Source: an uncultured Thermoleophilia bacterium (lineage in GTDB: Bacteria; Actinomycetota; Thermoleophilia; Gaiellales; Gaiellaceae). From it: DNA of 64,000 nucleotides. The stretch spans positions 415,398 through 479,397 of the forward strand of contig CAVRIK010000007.1 in NCBI GenBank assembly GCA_963721235.1. Reading direction: 5' to 3'. The position numbers and the translations under genes are program-made. The notes below the pieces were generated by a model. It did no database searches and was not told the origin of the DNA. It worked only from the letters and a program-made list of their open reading frames with translations. Of the stretch, positions 8,794 through 18,685 are shown piece after piece (position 1 is the stretch's first letter; each line of letters opens with the position of its first letter).

Positions 8794-10333
8794 AGCGCGA
8801 CGCGAGGCGCTTGGCGAGCGACGGCTCGAGCAGCTGCGCGGCGACGATCGCGCCGGAGGCGCCCCCGAGGCCGGGCCCGGGGTGTGTCGAGGCGCCGACG
8901 AGCCAGACGTTGTCGACCGGCGTCCGGTGCTGCGCACGCCAGAGGAAGTTCTGGTCGAGCTCGAGCGCACCGCCGTACGGGTCGCCGTGCACCAGGTTGA
9001 CGTTCGCCGCCTGCAGGTCGGCCGGCGAGAGGCTCGTGCGGGCGATCACCGCCGACTCCAGGTTCGGGATGTGCTGCGCGAGGCGCGCCTGGATCCGGTC
9101 GGCGTAGCGCTCTCGCAGCTCCTCCGTCCACGTTCCGTCGCCGACGTCGAGGATGCCCGCAGCGTCCCCCTTGACGTGCCACGGGAGCTCCTGCAGCTGG
9201 ATCCAGAGCAGGCCCTTGCCCTCCGGCGCACGCGAGCCGTCCATCGTCAGCGGCTGGCCGACGACGACGGTCGCCTCCGCCGGCAGCAGTCCCCGCTCCG
9301 CCTCGTTGACCGCGCGTGAGACGCCGTCGAGGCCCGGGGTCAGGTGCACGATCGCCGTCTTCCCGAGCCGGTCGTCTCCCTCCCACTCCGGCGGCTCGCT
9401 GAGCGCGAAGTGGATCTGCATCTCGCTCCGCCCGTAGCGAAACCCCTTCGCCCTGTGCTCCAGCCCGTCGAGCAGCTGCGTATAGAGCTGCGTGGGCGTC
9501 ACGTTGCAGATCACCGCACGCGCGGCGGTCAGCTTGCGGCCGTCCGCGGTGCGCACGCCGCCCGACGAGACGCGCTCCACGTGCACGCCGGTCTCGCAGG
9601 TGCCGCCCTGCGCGCGGATGCTCGAAACGAGCGCGTCGGCGAGCTTCGCGCCGCCGCCGCGCGGGATCGGCATGCCGCCCTCCTGCACCGCGACCGCGAT
9701 CACCTGCGCCATGTAGCCCGACCCCGCGGCCTCGGGGCCGAGGCCGGTGTGCAGCACCCACGGCGCGAGCACGCCGTGCGCCTGCGGCGACGCGAACGTC
9801 TGCTCCAGCCAGGCGCGCGCGGAGATCAGGAGCCGTCCGGCGAAGTCGCGGGCGCCGGAGCGCCCGAGCCGCCGCACCGCCTGCCAGCCGAGCGAGGCGC
9901 CGTGGCGCGACCAGAGCTCGCTGCCGAGGATCCCGAAGGCGAGGTCGGCGTTCGGGAAGAACCCGTCGAGCATCGGCCCCCACTCCGCGCCGAGCTCGGC
10001 GGCGTTGCCCTCGGCCGTGCGGAGCAGGAACGCGCTCTCGCCGTCCGGGAACGCGGTCGCCGTCGGGTAGTCCGTGTTCAGGTACTCGAGGCCGTGCCGC
10101 GCGAGGTCGTCGCCGAGCTGCGCGTGTGCCGGACCGCCGACCCAGAGGGGATGCCACGCACTGAAGACGTCGTGCTTGAACCCCGGCGCCGTGATCTCCG
10201 CCGTCTTGATCGCGCCGCCGAACCAGTCGTTCCGCTCGAGGACGCAGACGTTCCACCCGCCCTTCGCCAGGAGCGCCGCGCACGCGAGGCCGTTGACGCC
10301 ACTTCCGACGACGATCGCGTCGTAGTCAGCCAA
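8783..10333 (-). CDS. NAD(P)/FAD-dependent oxidoreductase, phytoene desaturase (CrtI)/amine oxidase-like
   Basis: N-terminal dinucleotide-binding motif YDAIVVGSGVNGLACAALLAKGGWNVCVLE. 516 aa. C-terminal LVGASTHPGPGLGGASG is typical of the CrtI family. Confidence 0.8.
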   Translation of the reverse strand: MADYDAIVVGSGVNGLACAALLAKGGWNVCVLERNDWFGGAIKTAEITAPGFKHDVFSAWHPLWVGGPAHAQLGDDLARHGLEYLNTDYPTATAFPDGESAFLLRTAEGNAAELGAEWGPMLDGFFPNADLAFGILGSELWSRHGASLGWQAVRRLGRSGARDFAGRLLISARAWLEQTFASPQAHGVLAPWVLHTGLGPEAAGSGYMAQVIAVAVQEGGMPIPRGGGAKLADALVSSIRAQGGTCETGVHVERVSSGGVRTADGRKLTAARAVICNVTPTQLYTQLLDGLEHRAKGFRYGRSEMQIHFALSEPPEWEGDDRLGKTAIVHLTPGLDGVSRAVNEAERGLLPAEATVVVGQPLTMDGSRAPEGKGLLWIQLQELPWHVKGDAAGILDVGDGTWTEELRERYADRIQARLAQHIPNLESAVIARTSLSPADLQAANVNLVHGDPYGGALELDQNFLWRAQHRTPVDNVWLVGASTHPGPGLGGASGAIVAAQLLEPSLAKRLASRFSR

Positions 10334-11474
10334 CGATCGCCCTGAACTCGTCGTCGGTGACGAGGCGCCGCTGCTCGGCGCCCAGCTTCTTCACCGCCGC
10401 CAGCACCTCGGCGCGCCGCTCTGCCGGCACGTCGAGCCCGAGCTCCTCGGCCTTGATGCGGATCGAGTCGAGACCGCTCTTCTTGCCGAGCACGATCGAG
10501 CGCTCCGTCGCGACGAGCTCCGACGAGTACGGCTCGATCGACTGCGGGTCGTGGAACTGCGAGGCGACCGCGCCCGACTCGCGGCGGTAGAGCGTGTCGC
10601 CCGTCACCGGCTTCCACGGCTCGAGCTCGTAGCCCGACAGCTCGCGCACGCGCGCCGAGACGGCGCGAATGCGGTCGAGGCGCAGGTTGGACTCGACGCC
10701 GTAGAGCGCGCGCAGCGCCAGCGCGACCTCACCGAGATTCGCGTTGCCGGCGCGCTCGCCCATGCCGTTGATCGTCCCGTGCACGTATGAGGCGCCGGCA
10801 CGCACCGCCGCGACCGCGGACGCGGTCGCGACGCCAAAGTCGTTGTGGCCGTGGAAGTGCACCGGCACGTCGACGAGCTCGACCGTGTGACCGACGAGCT
10901 CCGCGACCGCCTCGGGCGAGGCGATCCCGAGCGTGTCGACGACCACGACCTCCTTCGCGCCCGCCTCGACCGCCGACGAATACACCTGGTCGTAGAAGTC
11001 GCGCTCGGCGCGCGACGAGTCGACGCCGAAGAACGCCGCGTGGATGCCGTGCCCGGCCGCGAAGCGCATCGCGCTCGTGATCCGCTCGAGCATCTTCTCG
11101 CGCGAGACGCCGATCGCAGCGAGCTTCAGGTCGCTGATCGGCGACTCGATCACCGAGAAGGAGACGCCGAGCTCGACGAGCGCTTCCAGGTCGGCCGGCA
11201 CGGCGCGCGAGAAGCCCCAGATCTCGGCGCGCAGCCCCGCCGCGGCGATCCGTTCGACCGCCTGCCAGTCGTCGTCGGAGACGCGCGGGAAGCCCGCCTC
11301 GATCCGGTCGACACCGAGCTCGTCGAGCAGGCGCGCGATCTCGAGCTTCTGCTCGGGGTCGAGCACGACTCCGACGGTCTGCTCTCCGTCGCGCAGCGTC
11401 GTGTCGTACAGGCCGACGCGCCCGCCGATCTCATACGCGTCGTTCAGGGCTCCGGTCCAGATCAGGTCAGACAC
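10326..11474 (-). CDS. DRE-TIM metallolyase, 2-isopropylmalate/homocitrate/citramalate synthase (LeuA/NifV) family, no regulatory domain
   Basis: LYDTTLRDGEQ motif and HFHGHNDFG metal-binding motif. 382 aa. 8-nt overlaps with both neighbours. Confidence 0.8.
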   Translation of the reverse strand: MSDLIWTGALNDAYEIGGRVGLYDTTLRDGEQTVGVVLDPEQKLEIARLLDELGVDRIEAGFPRVSDDDWQAVERIAAAGLRAEIWGFSRAVPADLEALVELGVSFSVIESPISDLKLAAIGVSREKMLERITSAMRFAAGHGIHAAFFGVDSSRAERDFYDQVYSSAVEAGAKEVVVVDTLGIASPEAVAELVGHTVELVDVPVHFHGHNDFGVATASAVAAVRAGASYVHGTINGMGERAGNANLGEVALALRALYGVESNLRLDRIRAVSARVRELSGYELEPWKPVTGDTLYRRESGAVASQFHDPQSIEPYSSELVATERSIVLGKKSGLDSIRIKAEELGLDVPAERRAEVLAAVKKLGAEQRRLVTDDEFRAIVG

Positions 11475-12624
11475 GCACCACTCCGTCGGGAAACGGCGAG
11501 AGCTTCTCGGCTCCCGTCTCGGTGATCAGGAAGTTGTCCTCGACGCGGAGGCCGCCGCCGCCCTCCCAGTAGCAGCCCGGCTCGATCGCGAGGACCATGC
11601 CCTGCTCGATCGTGCCGCCGCCTGCCTGGTGGGGGTACGGCGGCTCGTGCGCGCGCGCGCCGATGCCGTGGCAGATCGGGTGCGAGGGCTGGCCCGGATA
11701 GCCGAGCTCGGCCAGACCGTTCCGCACGAGCACGTCGAGCTCGGCCATGCTCGCGCCCGGCTCGCAGTGGTCGATCGCGCTCCGGTAGACGGCCAGCAGG
11801 CCCTGTTCGAGCTCGCGGTAGTCGGCGCGCAGCTCGCCGACACAGAGCAGCTTCGTGTGGTCGGCCCAGTAGCCGTCGGCGCAGACCCAGATCTCGAGGA
11901 GCGTCGGCTCGCCCTCGACGACCGGCAGGTCACCCGTCGCCGTGAACGTCTTGATCCCGCGACCCGCCCATATGAGCGAGAAGCCGAACGCCAGCTCGAC
12001 CTTCCCCTCCCAGCCGGTGCCCTGCCCGTGCACGAAGCCCTGCCAGTGCGCGGCGACCTCGCTCTCCTTCATCCCAGGCTCGATCAGGCCGCGCACGTGC
12101 TCGGTCGCTGCCGCGCAGATCGCGTTTGCGAGACGCATCCGCTCGACCTCCTGCGCCGTCTTGACCGAGCGCGCCGGCACGAGCACGCTCATCGCGTCCT
12201 GTGCGTCCGGCCACGCGTCGAACCAGCCCTTCGTGAAGGTCGTCGGCTCGCCGACCATGCGGTCGGTCGCCTGCGTGCCCATGGAGAGCTCGAGGCCCAC
12301 GCGCTCGTGCTCCGCGGTCGCTGCGAGCGCGGCCTCGAGCGTGCGTGCGGGAACGGGGCGGGGATCGTCGGGCGCATAGCCGCGGACGAGCCGCACGTCC
12401 GTCGCCCACGACATGCGCTCGGCGTCCTCGGCGGAGGCTTCGAGACAGATCAGCACGGGCTCGCCCTCGCGCGGGAAGACGCAGGCGTCGTAGCCCTTCA
12501 TCCCCCAGAAGTTCGTCAGGTAGAGGACGTTGTCGGGTGCGCGCACGACGAGAGCGTCGAGGTCGCGCTCCGCCATCAGCGCGCGGACGCGCTCGAGCTT
12601 CGCGTCGTCCCTGGGCCAGCTCAC
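11467..12624 (-). CDS. M24 family metallopeptidase (Xaa-Pro dipeptidase/creatinase-like)
   Basis: ORF 11467..13254 trimmed to the GTG at 12624 (GTGA overlap with the FAH gene's stop). Creatinase-like N-domain (LDALVVRAPDNVLYLTNF) plus pita-bread domain (GHGIGARAHEPP, VLAIEPG). Confidence 0.8.
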   Translation of the reverse strand: MSWPRDDAKLERVRALMAERDLDALVVRAPDNVLYLTNFWGMKGYDACVFPREGEPVLICLEASAEDAERMSWATDVRLVRGYAPDDPRPVPARTLEAALAATAEHERVGLELSMGTQATDRMVGEPTTFTKGWFDAWPDAQDAMSVLVPARSVKTAQEVERMRLANAICAAATEHVRGLIEPGMKESEVAAHWQGFVHGQGTGWEGKVELAFGFSLIWAGRGIKTFTATGDLPVVEGEPTLLEIWVCADGYWADHTKLLCVGELRADYRELEQGLLAVYRSAIDHCEPGASMAELDVLVRNGLAELGYPGQPSHPICHGIGARAHEPPYPHQAGGGTIEQGMVLAIEPGCYWEGGGGLRVEDNFLITETGAEKLSPFPDGVVRV

Positions 12625-13505
12625 GCCTCGCCCCAGGGGCGAATCCGCGGAGGCGCGGGCACGCCGTGGCCCTCCTGCCACGAGCTGACAGGGTTGCGGA
12701 GCACGCCGATCCGCTCGATCTCCGCCTCGATCACGTCGCCCGGCTTCAGGTAGAGGAGCGCCCGCTCCTCGGGCGACTTGAAGCCGGCGACACCGGAGAC
12801 GGTGCCCGTCGAGAGCACGTCGCCGGCCGAGTACCCGAGCGCCGAGAAGTTGGAGAGGATCTCCGGGATCGTCACGCTCATGCGGCCCGAGTGCGACTCC
12901 TGCCGCTTCTCGCCGTTCACGCGCAGCTCCATCGCCAGGTCGTGCGGATCCGGGATCTCGTCGGCGGTGACGATCCACGGCCCGAGCGGGCAGAACGTGT
13001 CGATCGCCTTGCAGAAGCTGAAGACGCCCGACTTCATCTCGCCGCGCTGGATGTCGCGCGCGGTGATGTCGTTGAAGATGACATAGCCCGCGATGTAGTC
13101 CTTCGCCTCCTCCGGCGAGAACCACTTGCCGGCCTTCTTCAGGACGACGGCGAGCTCGAGCTCGTAGTCGAGCTCCTCGGTCAGGTGCTCCGGGTAGATG
13201 ATCGGCTCGTCGGGGCCGACGATCGCATCGACGTTCTGGAAGAAGTTGATCCACGGTGCGATCTGGTGCGACCAGTCGACGTTCTTCGACTCTTCCTCGT
13301 GCTCCCGGAAGTTGCCGGCGGTGTGGAAGAACTTCTTCGGGACGATCGGCGCCCGCAGGCGGACGTCTGCCAAAGGCGTACGCTCACCCGTGTCGTCGGC
13401 GCCGCCGCTCTCGAAATACTCCCGCATGCTCGGCACGCCGAGGCGCACGACCTCTTCTCCCTCGATGCGGCCGACCTTGCCGTCGTCGTAGGTGACGAGC
13501 TTCAT
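12621..13505 (-). CDS. fumarylacetoacetate hydrolase (FAH) family protein
   Basis: ORF 12621..14585 trimmed to the ATG at 13505 (MKLVTYDDGKVGRIEG). LDYELELAVVL and GDVLSTGTVSGVG-like motifs. ATGA overlap with the upstream stop. Confidence 0.85.
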   Translation of the reverse strand: MKLVTYDDGKVGRIEGEEVVRLGVPSMREYFESGGADDTGERTPLADVRLRAPIVPKKFFHTAGNFREHEEESKNVDWSHQIAPWINFFQNVDAIVGPDEPIIYPEHLTEELDYELELAVVLKKAGKWFSPEEAKDYIAGYVIFNDITARDIQRGEMKSGVFSFCKAIDTFCPLGPWIVTADEIPDPHDLAMELRVNGEKRQESHSGRMSVTIPEILSNFSALGYSAGDVLSTGTVSGVAGFKSPEERALLYLKPGDVIEAEIERIGVLRNPVSSWQEGHGVPAPPRIRPWGEA

Positions 13506-14716
13506 GCGCAGATCCTCTGTGCGACGAGCGCGTAGATCTCGGCGGTCTTGACGAGCCCGTCGATGTCGAGGTTCTCGCCGAGCTCGACGTCCATCAGCCC
13601 GGTCGAGGTGCCGTAGTTGAGGGTCGGGATGCCGTACCGCGTGAGCGCGGAGGCGTCGCTGAACCATCGCGTGACGTCGCGGGCAGGAACGTCGCCGAAG
13701 ACCTGCTCGTGAGCGGCGTCGACCGCCTGCACGAGCTCGTGACCCTCCTCGATCTCGGCGCCGGGCGCCGTGACGTAGACCTCGCCCTCGATCCCGTAGG
13801 CGGGGAAGCGCTCGGCGAGCGACCGGACGAACTCGAGCACCTCTCGGCGGGCGACGCCCATCTCTTTGGTCGGCGGCACGCGGACGTCGAGGAAGAGGTC
13901 GGTGTGGTGCGGCGTGCGCGAGACGCGCCAGCCGAAGCCGCCCCGGACCGCGCCGACGTTGACGATCGCGTTCGCGCCACGGTAGGAGTTCGACTCGTCG
14001 TTCTCCCACGTGGGGATCCACTCGAGCACAGCGTTCGTCACCTCGTGCATGCGCAGGATCGAGTTCTCGCCGCGCTTCCCCTCGCTGAACGCCGTGTGGA
14101 TGAAGTTGCCGTGGGTGCGGATCCGCAGCCACAGCGCGCCGAAGTGGCCGAGCACAACCTTTCCCTCCGTCGGCTCGCCGAGCAGGCACATGTCGGCGAC
14201 GCCGCCGTGCGTGACGAGGTAGCGCGAGCCGGCCGCGTAGCCGCGGTATTGCGAGCCCTGCGCCTCGGCGTACTGTGTCTTCTCGATCTCGCCGCAGACC
14301 GCCGCGATCAGGACGTCGCCGCGCAGTCGCACGCCGGCGTCCTGCAGCGAGCGCACCGCCTCGACGTAGCAGGCGAGCGCGCCCTTCATGTTCGAGATGC
14401 CGAGCCCGTAGAGGCGGTTGTTCCTGACGAACGCGCTCGGCTGGAAGCCCGGCACGTCCTTCAGCCACGCTTCCCGGCCGGAGTACGACGTGTCCATGTG
14501 GCCGTTGAACATCAATGTCTTGCCGCCGCCGGTGCCGCGCCAGGTCCCGAGCGCGTTCGCGCGTCCCTCCTCGACCTGCTGCCATTGCACCTGGAGGCCC
14601 ATCCGCTCGTAGAGCGAGACCATCAGCTGCGCCATCCGCTGCTCGTCGCCCGTGAAGCTGTGGACGTCGATCATCGCGCTCGCCGTCTCGACGAGCCGGT
14701 TCTTGTTGATCCTCAC
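13502..14716 (-). CDS. M20 family metallohydrolase (ArgE/DapE/acyl-amino-acid deacylase type)
   Basis: ORF 13502..15310 trimmed to the GTG at 14716, 2 nt after the upstream stop. LMFNGHMDT, GLGISNMKG and CGEIEK fit the M20 metal and catalytic motifs. Confidence 0.8.
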   Translation of the reverse strand: MRINKNRLVETASAMIDVHSFTGDEQRMAQLMVSLYERMGLQVQWQQVEEGRANALGTWRGTGGGKTLMFNGHMDTSYSGREAWLKDVPGFQPSAFVRNNRLYGLGISNMKGALACYVEAVRSLQDAGVRLRGDVLIAAVCGEIEKTQYAEAQGSQYRGYAAGSRYLVTHGGVADMCLLGEPTEGKVVLGHFGALWLRIRTHGNFIHTAFSEGKRGENSILRMHEVTNAVLEWIPTWENDESNSYRGANAIVNVGAVRGGFGWRVSRTPHHTDLFLDVRVPPTKEMGVARREVLEFVRSLAERFPAYGIEGEVYVTAPGAEIEEGHELVQAVDAAHEQVFGDVPARDVTRWFSDASALTRYGIPTLNYGTSTGLMDVELGENLDIDGLVKTAEIYALVAQRICA

Positions 14717-14718
14717 GG

Positions 14719-15753
14719 TCAGTCCCGGACGTGCGGGAGGACGCGCTCGCCGAACAGGCGAATCTGCTCGTGGCGGTCCTCGCCCCACAGCTCGAGCATC
14801 ACGTGCGTGCAGCCGGCCGCCTTGTACTCCTCGATCGCCGCGATGCAGTCCTCCGGCGTGCCGGCGATCGGCTTGCACTTGTCCAGGATCGCGTCGGTCA
14901 CCTGCTCCTTGGCCGCGAGCCTGCCGCCGCGTTCCATCGCCTCGGCCACCGGCCGGATCTCGTCCTGCTCGAGCCCGGCGAGGTCGAGCAGCGTGTCGGC
15001 GGCGCCCTGGATGTTCTGCACCTTGTTCGCCAGGTACATGCCGGCGATCTCGCGTGCGCCGTCGCGGCCGCGGTCGCGGTCGGTCGCGTGGATCGACGCG
15101 ACGACGGTGCAGCCGATGTCGATGTCGGCGTCGACGTTGCCGCGCGTGTAGCCGACGAACGCCGGCGTCGTGATCGACGGCGTCAGGCAGCCGTCCGCGA
15201 TCTCCCCGGCGAGCGCCTGCATCTTCGGCGCGGTCGCGGCGACGTAGACCGGCGGCACGTCGCGTGGTGTGTGCGCCTCGGGCTGCAGGGCCGGGACGTC
15301 CGCGCTCCACGTGTCGCCGTCGTACTCAAACCGCTCGCCGCCGAGCACGCCGCGGACGATCTCGACCGCGTCGCGCATCGGCCCGAGCGTCTTGCGGGTC
15401 TGCATCTTCGTGTTGTTGAGGAAGATCTTCGAGGTCCCGAAGCCGACGATGAAGCGGCCCGGGCCGGCGGCCTCCTGCACGACCCGCGCATCCATGGCGA
15501 CCTGCACCGGATGCCGCGTCGAGGCGGCGATGATCCCCCAGCCGATCGTCAGCCGCTTCGTCTCGCGCGCCATCAGGGCCGAGACGACGGTCGACGAGCG
15601 CGCCTCCATGCCGTGCTTGCGCCACCACGGATACGCCTCGGCGAGCCAGATCGTGTCCATCCCCGCCTCGTCCATCGCGCGCGCCGACGCGAGCATCTCG
15701 TCGAGCGGCTCCATCGTCAGCTGCATGACGCCGATGCGGAAGGGAACGGCCAT
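14719..15753 (-). CDS. LLM-class (luciferase-like) flavin/F420-dependent oxidoreductase
   Basis: 344-345 aa. The luciferase-like TIM barrel pattern (IWLAEAYPWW ... GFGTS ... AAGCTHVMLEL) is present. The start is ATG at 15753 or TTG at 15756; both overlap the CoxG gene's stop. Confidence 0.85.
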   Translation of the reverse strand: MAVPFRIGVMQLTMEPLDEMLASARAMDEAGMDTIWLAEAYPWWRKHGMEARSSTVVSALMARETKRLTIGWGIIAASTRHPVQVAMDARVVQEAAGPGRFIVGFGTSKIFLNNTKMQTRKTLGPMRDAVEIVRGVLGGERFEYDGDTWSADVPALQPEAHTPRDVPPVYVAATAPKMQALAGEIADGCLTPSITTPAFVGYTRGNVDADIDIGCTVVASIHATDRDRGRDGAREIAGMYLANKVQNIQGAADTLLDLAGLEQDEIRPVAEAMERGGRLAAKEQVTDAILDKCKPIAGTPEDCIAAIEEYKAAGCTHVMLELWGEDRHEQIRLFGERVLPHVRD

Positions 15754-16211
15754 CAAGCGGCTCCGCCCACGACCGCGTCCTGCACCTGACGGTCGAGTGC
15801 GGAGAGCACGTGCTCAACCTGCTGGTTGACGATCGGCTGGAGCACGCGCTGCCCCATCGAGCCGACCGGCCCGGCGACCTTCACGTCGGCGGCCCACTTC
15901 ATCGACGTCCCGTCGGCGACCTCGGCGAGCTCGAACGAGGTGACCATCGAGAGCATCGCGCCGACGCCCTTGCCCTTGATGCTCAGCTCGGCGAACTCGG
16001 GCTCGCGCTCTTCCGTCTTGTCCATGTCGATCTTCATCTTCAGGCCGCCGAGCCCGAGTGGGATCTTCACGTTCGCGGTCCAGCGCTGTGCATCGTGCAC
16101 GTCGAAGCTCTCGACGCCGGGCATCGTCTTCGCCATCGCGGCCGGATCGTTCAGCACTCCCCACACGACCGGCCGCGGGGCCGCGAAGATGCGCTCGCCG
16201 GAGACGTTCAA
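15753..16211 (-). CDS. CoxG/SRPBCC family protein (molybdenum hydroxylase accessory)
   Basis: 152 aa. NVSGERIFAAPRPVVWGVLNDPAAMAKTMPG is typical of the CoxG N-terminus. Apparent TTG start in a TTGA overlap with the large-subunit stop. Confidence 0.8.
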   Translation of the reverse strand: MNVSGERIFAAPRPVVWGVLNDPAAMAKTMPGVESFDVHDAQRWTANVKIPLGLGGLKMKIDMDKTEEREPEFAELSIKGKGVGAMLSMVTSFELAEVADGTSMKWAADVKVAGPVGSMGQRVLQPIVNQQVEHVLSALDRQVQDAVVGGAA

Positions 16212-18685
16212 GCGTCCACCACGCTGACGCGCCCCCCGGCTTCGCCGGGCTTCTCGAGCAGCTCCCAGACCCGGTGGTAGGGATTGCAGCTGTCGCTGAC
16301 GATCGCGTCGCCGTGGCCGCGGAGCGCATCCTGAACGGCGGCGCAGACCGCATGAATGCCTGCGCCGCCGCCCTCGCCCATCCCCTTCGTGCCGAGCGGC
16401 GTGAACGGCGACGGGCTCTCGATCGCGGCCGTCTTGAGCGGCGGCATGTCGAGCGCATGCGGCACGTGGTAGTCGTAGAAGTTCGGCGTCAGCAGGTTCC
16501 CGTCTTCGTCGTAGGCGTAGTGCTCGTGCGTCGCCGCACCGAGTGCATGGGCGGTCGCGCCCATCACCTGCCCTTCGACGATCTGCGGGTTGATCCGCCG
16601 GCCGCAGTCGTCGACCGCGGCGTAGTCGACGATGTCGTACGCGCCGGTCTCCGGGTCGATCTCGATCACCGCGACGTGGATCTGCGTCGCGTAGGTGAGA
16701 GTCAGGTTCCCGAACTTGCGCTCGATGTCCGGCACCTCGAACGGTGGCCGGTAGACGTAGCGGCAGTTCAGGGTGACCCCGAGGTCCTCGGGGAGGCCGG
16801 CGTTATTGGCGTTGATGATCGCGCCGCAGGCCATGAAGGGCAGGAATGCCTCCGGGTTGTCCTTGATGCGGACGCCGCCGTCGGCGAGCTCGAGCGCTTC
16901 TTCGGGAACGCCTCCGAAGACGGCGCCCGCGAGCTTCTTGATCTCTGCGGCGAGCAGGTCGGTCGCGCCCTTCACCGCGCTCAGCCCGGTGACGGCGAAC
17001 TGCGAGGCGTACGTCCCCGAGAAGCCCGCATGCGAGTTCCAGTACGAGTCGTGTCCCGCGCGCACGTGCACGTCGTCGACCGAGCAGTTGAGGATGTCGG
17101 CGACGACCTGAGCCGCAGTCGTCTCGTGCCCCTGGCCCTGCGGCGTGGTGCCGAGCGTGACGACGATCTCCCCGAAGATGTCGAGCTTGACGGTCGCGAC
17201 CTCGTTGTTGCCCGAGAACTGCAGCTCGGAGTTGATCATCCGCGACTGGCCGAAGTTGTTGGTGCCCGAATCGAGCGTGGAGCCGATGCCGACGCCGAGC
17301 AGCTTGCCCCGGTCCGCCGCCTCGGAGCGCCGCTGCTCGACGTTCGGGTAGTCGACCAGCTCGAGGGCGATGTCCAGCATTCTCGCGTAGTCGCCCGAGT
17401 CGTAGACGCAGCCGTTCGGCGTCTCGTACGGCATGTCCTCGGTCTTGACGTAGTTGCGCTTCCGCATCTCGACCGGATCGATGTCGAGCTCCTTCGCGAC
17501 GATGTCGATCACACGCTCGGTGAACCAGAGATGCTGCATGCGGGAATAGCCGCGGTTCGGGGACACGGGCGCCTTGTTGGTGGCGACCTGAGTGAAGTCG
17601 ACCCGGATGTTGCGCCACTTGTACATCCCGGGCGTGACCTGGGCCCAGATCACGCCGCCGAGCGGCTCGTAGCGCAGCCAGGCGCCGGCGTCGTCGAGCG
17701 CCTTCGTCCGGAAGCCGAGCAGCGTCCCGTCATTTCTGACCGCGACCTCGGTCTCGTGGAACCAGCGCTCGTTTCCGTGCGACATCGACATGTGGAAGTC
17801 GGTGCGCCACTCGGTCCACTGCACGGGCCTGCCGAGCTTGCGTGCGAGCAGGCAGCACGCGACGAGCTGCGGATGCGAGGTGATCTTGTTGCCGAAGCCG
17901 CCGCCGATGTCCTGCGTGACGAACCGGAGCTTGTCGAGCCCCGTTCGCATCGCAGGCCCCATCATGATCGCCGCGAAACCGGGGAACTGGTTGTTCGTGT
18001 GGATCGTCCACTGCCCGATGCCCCTGTTGTACTCGACGAGCGCTCCGTCGCACTCGAGCGGCGTCGAGTTGAAGCGATGGAAGTGGAGCTCGTCGATCTT
18101 CACGATCTTGTCCGCCTCGGCGAAGGCGGCGTCGAGATCGCCCCACTCGTAGGTGCCGTGCCACATCAGGTTGCCGCCTGCGTCCTCGTGGATCGTCGGC
18201 ACCCCGTCGTCCTGGGCGTGGCGGGCGTCGGTGATCGCAGGGAGCGGCTCGTACTCGATCTCGACGAGCTCGGAGGCGTCGCGCGCCCGCTCGCGCGTCT
18301 CGGCGACGACGGCGACGACCGCCTCGCCGACGTAGCGCACCTTGCCGACGGCGAGAGCGTAGTCCTTGAGGTTCGCGCCGGGCACCGACGAGATCTGGAA
18401 GAACGGATCGGTGAGCGCGGCCACCTCTTCGCCGGTGAGCGTCCCGTAGACGCCGGGCAGCTCCTCGGCCTGCGAGACGTCGATCGAGGTGATGTGCGCG
18501 TGCGCGTACGGCGAGCGGACGAAGTGGATGTAGCCCATTCCGTGCCGCTTGACGTCGTCGACGAAGACGCCCTGGCCCTGGACGAGCCGGCGGTCTTCCT
18601 TGCGCGGAACGCTCTGACCCTGCCAGCTCTCCGCCGGGGCCTCGACCTCGGTCGTCTCGGGCGCTGTGGTCGTCGACGACGTCAT
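16208..18685 (-). CDS. xanthine dehydrogenase family molybdopterin-binding large subunit (CoxL-like, not a canonical CO dehydrogenase)
   Basis: ORF 16208..19276 trimmed to the ATG at 18685 (ATGA overlap with the small-subunit stop). QDIGGGFGNK and KGMGEGG motifs are present. The loop aligned to the CODH active site reads PNRGYSR rather than AYRCSFR or AYRGAGR. Confidence 0.9.
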   Translation of the reverse strand: MTSSTTTAPETTEVEAPAESWQGQSVPRKEDRRLVQGQGVFVDDVKRHGMGYIHFVRSPYAHAHITSIDVSQAEELPGVYGTLTGEEVAALTDPFFQISSVPGANLKDYALAVGKVRYVGEAVVAVVAETRERARDASELVEIEYEPLPAITDARHAQDDGVPTIHEDAGGNLMWHGTYEWGDLDAAFAEADKIVKIDELHFHRFNSTPLECDGALVEYNRGIGQWTIHTNNQFPGFAAIMMGPAMRTGLDKLRFVTQDIGGGFGNKITSHPQLVACCLLARKLGRPVQWTEWRTDFHMSMSHGNERWFHETEVAVRNDGTLLGFRTKALDDAGAWLRYEPLGGVIWAQVTPGMYKWRNIRVDFTQVATNKAPVSPNRGYSRMQHLWFTERVIDIVAKELDIDPVEMRKRNYVKTEDMPYETPNGCVYDSGDYARMLDIALELVDYPNVEQRRSEAADRGKLLGVGIGSTLDSGTNNFGQSRMINSELQFSGNNEVATVKLDIFGEIVVTLGTTPQGQGHETTAAQVVADILNCSVDDVHVRAGHDSYWNSHAGFSGTYASQFAVTGLSAVKGATDLLAAEIKKLAGAVFGGVPEEALELADGGVRIKDNPEAFLPFMACGAIINANNAGLPEDLGVTLNCRYVYRPPFEVPDIERKFGNLTLTYATQIHVAVIEIDPETGAYDIVDYAAVDDCGRRINPQIVEGQVMGATAHALGAATHEHYAYDEDGNLLTPNFYDYHVPHALDMPPLKTAAIESPSPFTPLGTKGMGEGGGAGIHAVCAAVQDALRGHGDAIVSDSCNPYHRVWELLEKPGEAGGRVSVVDA

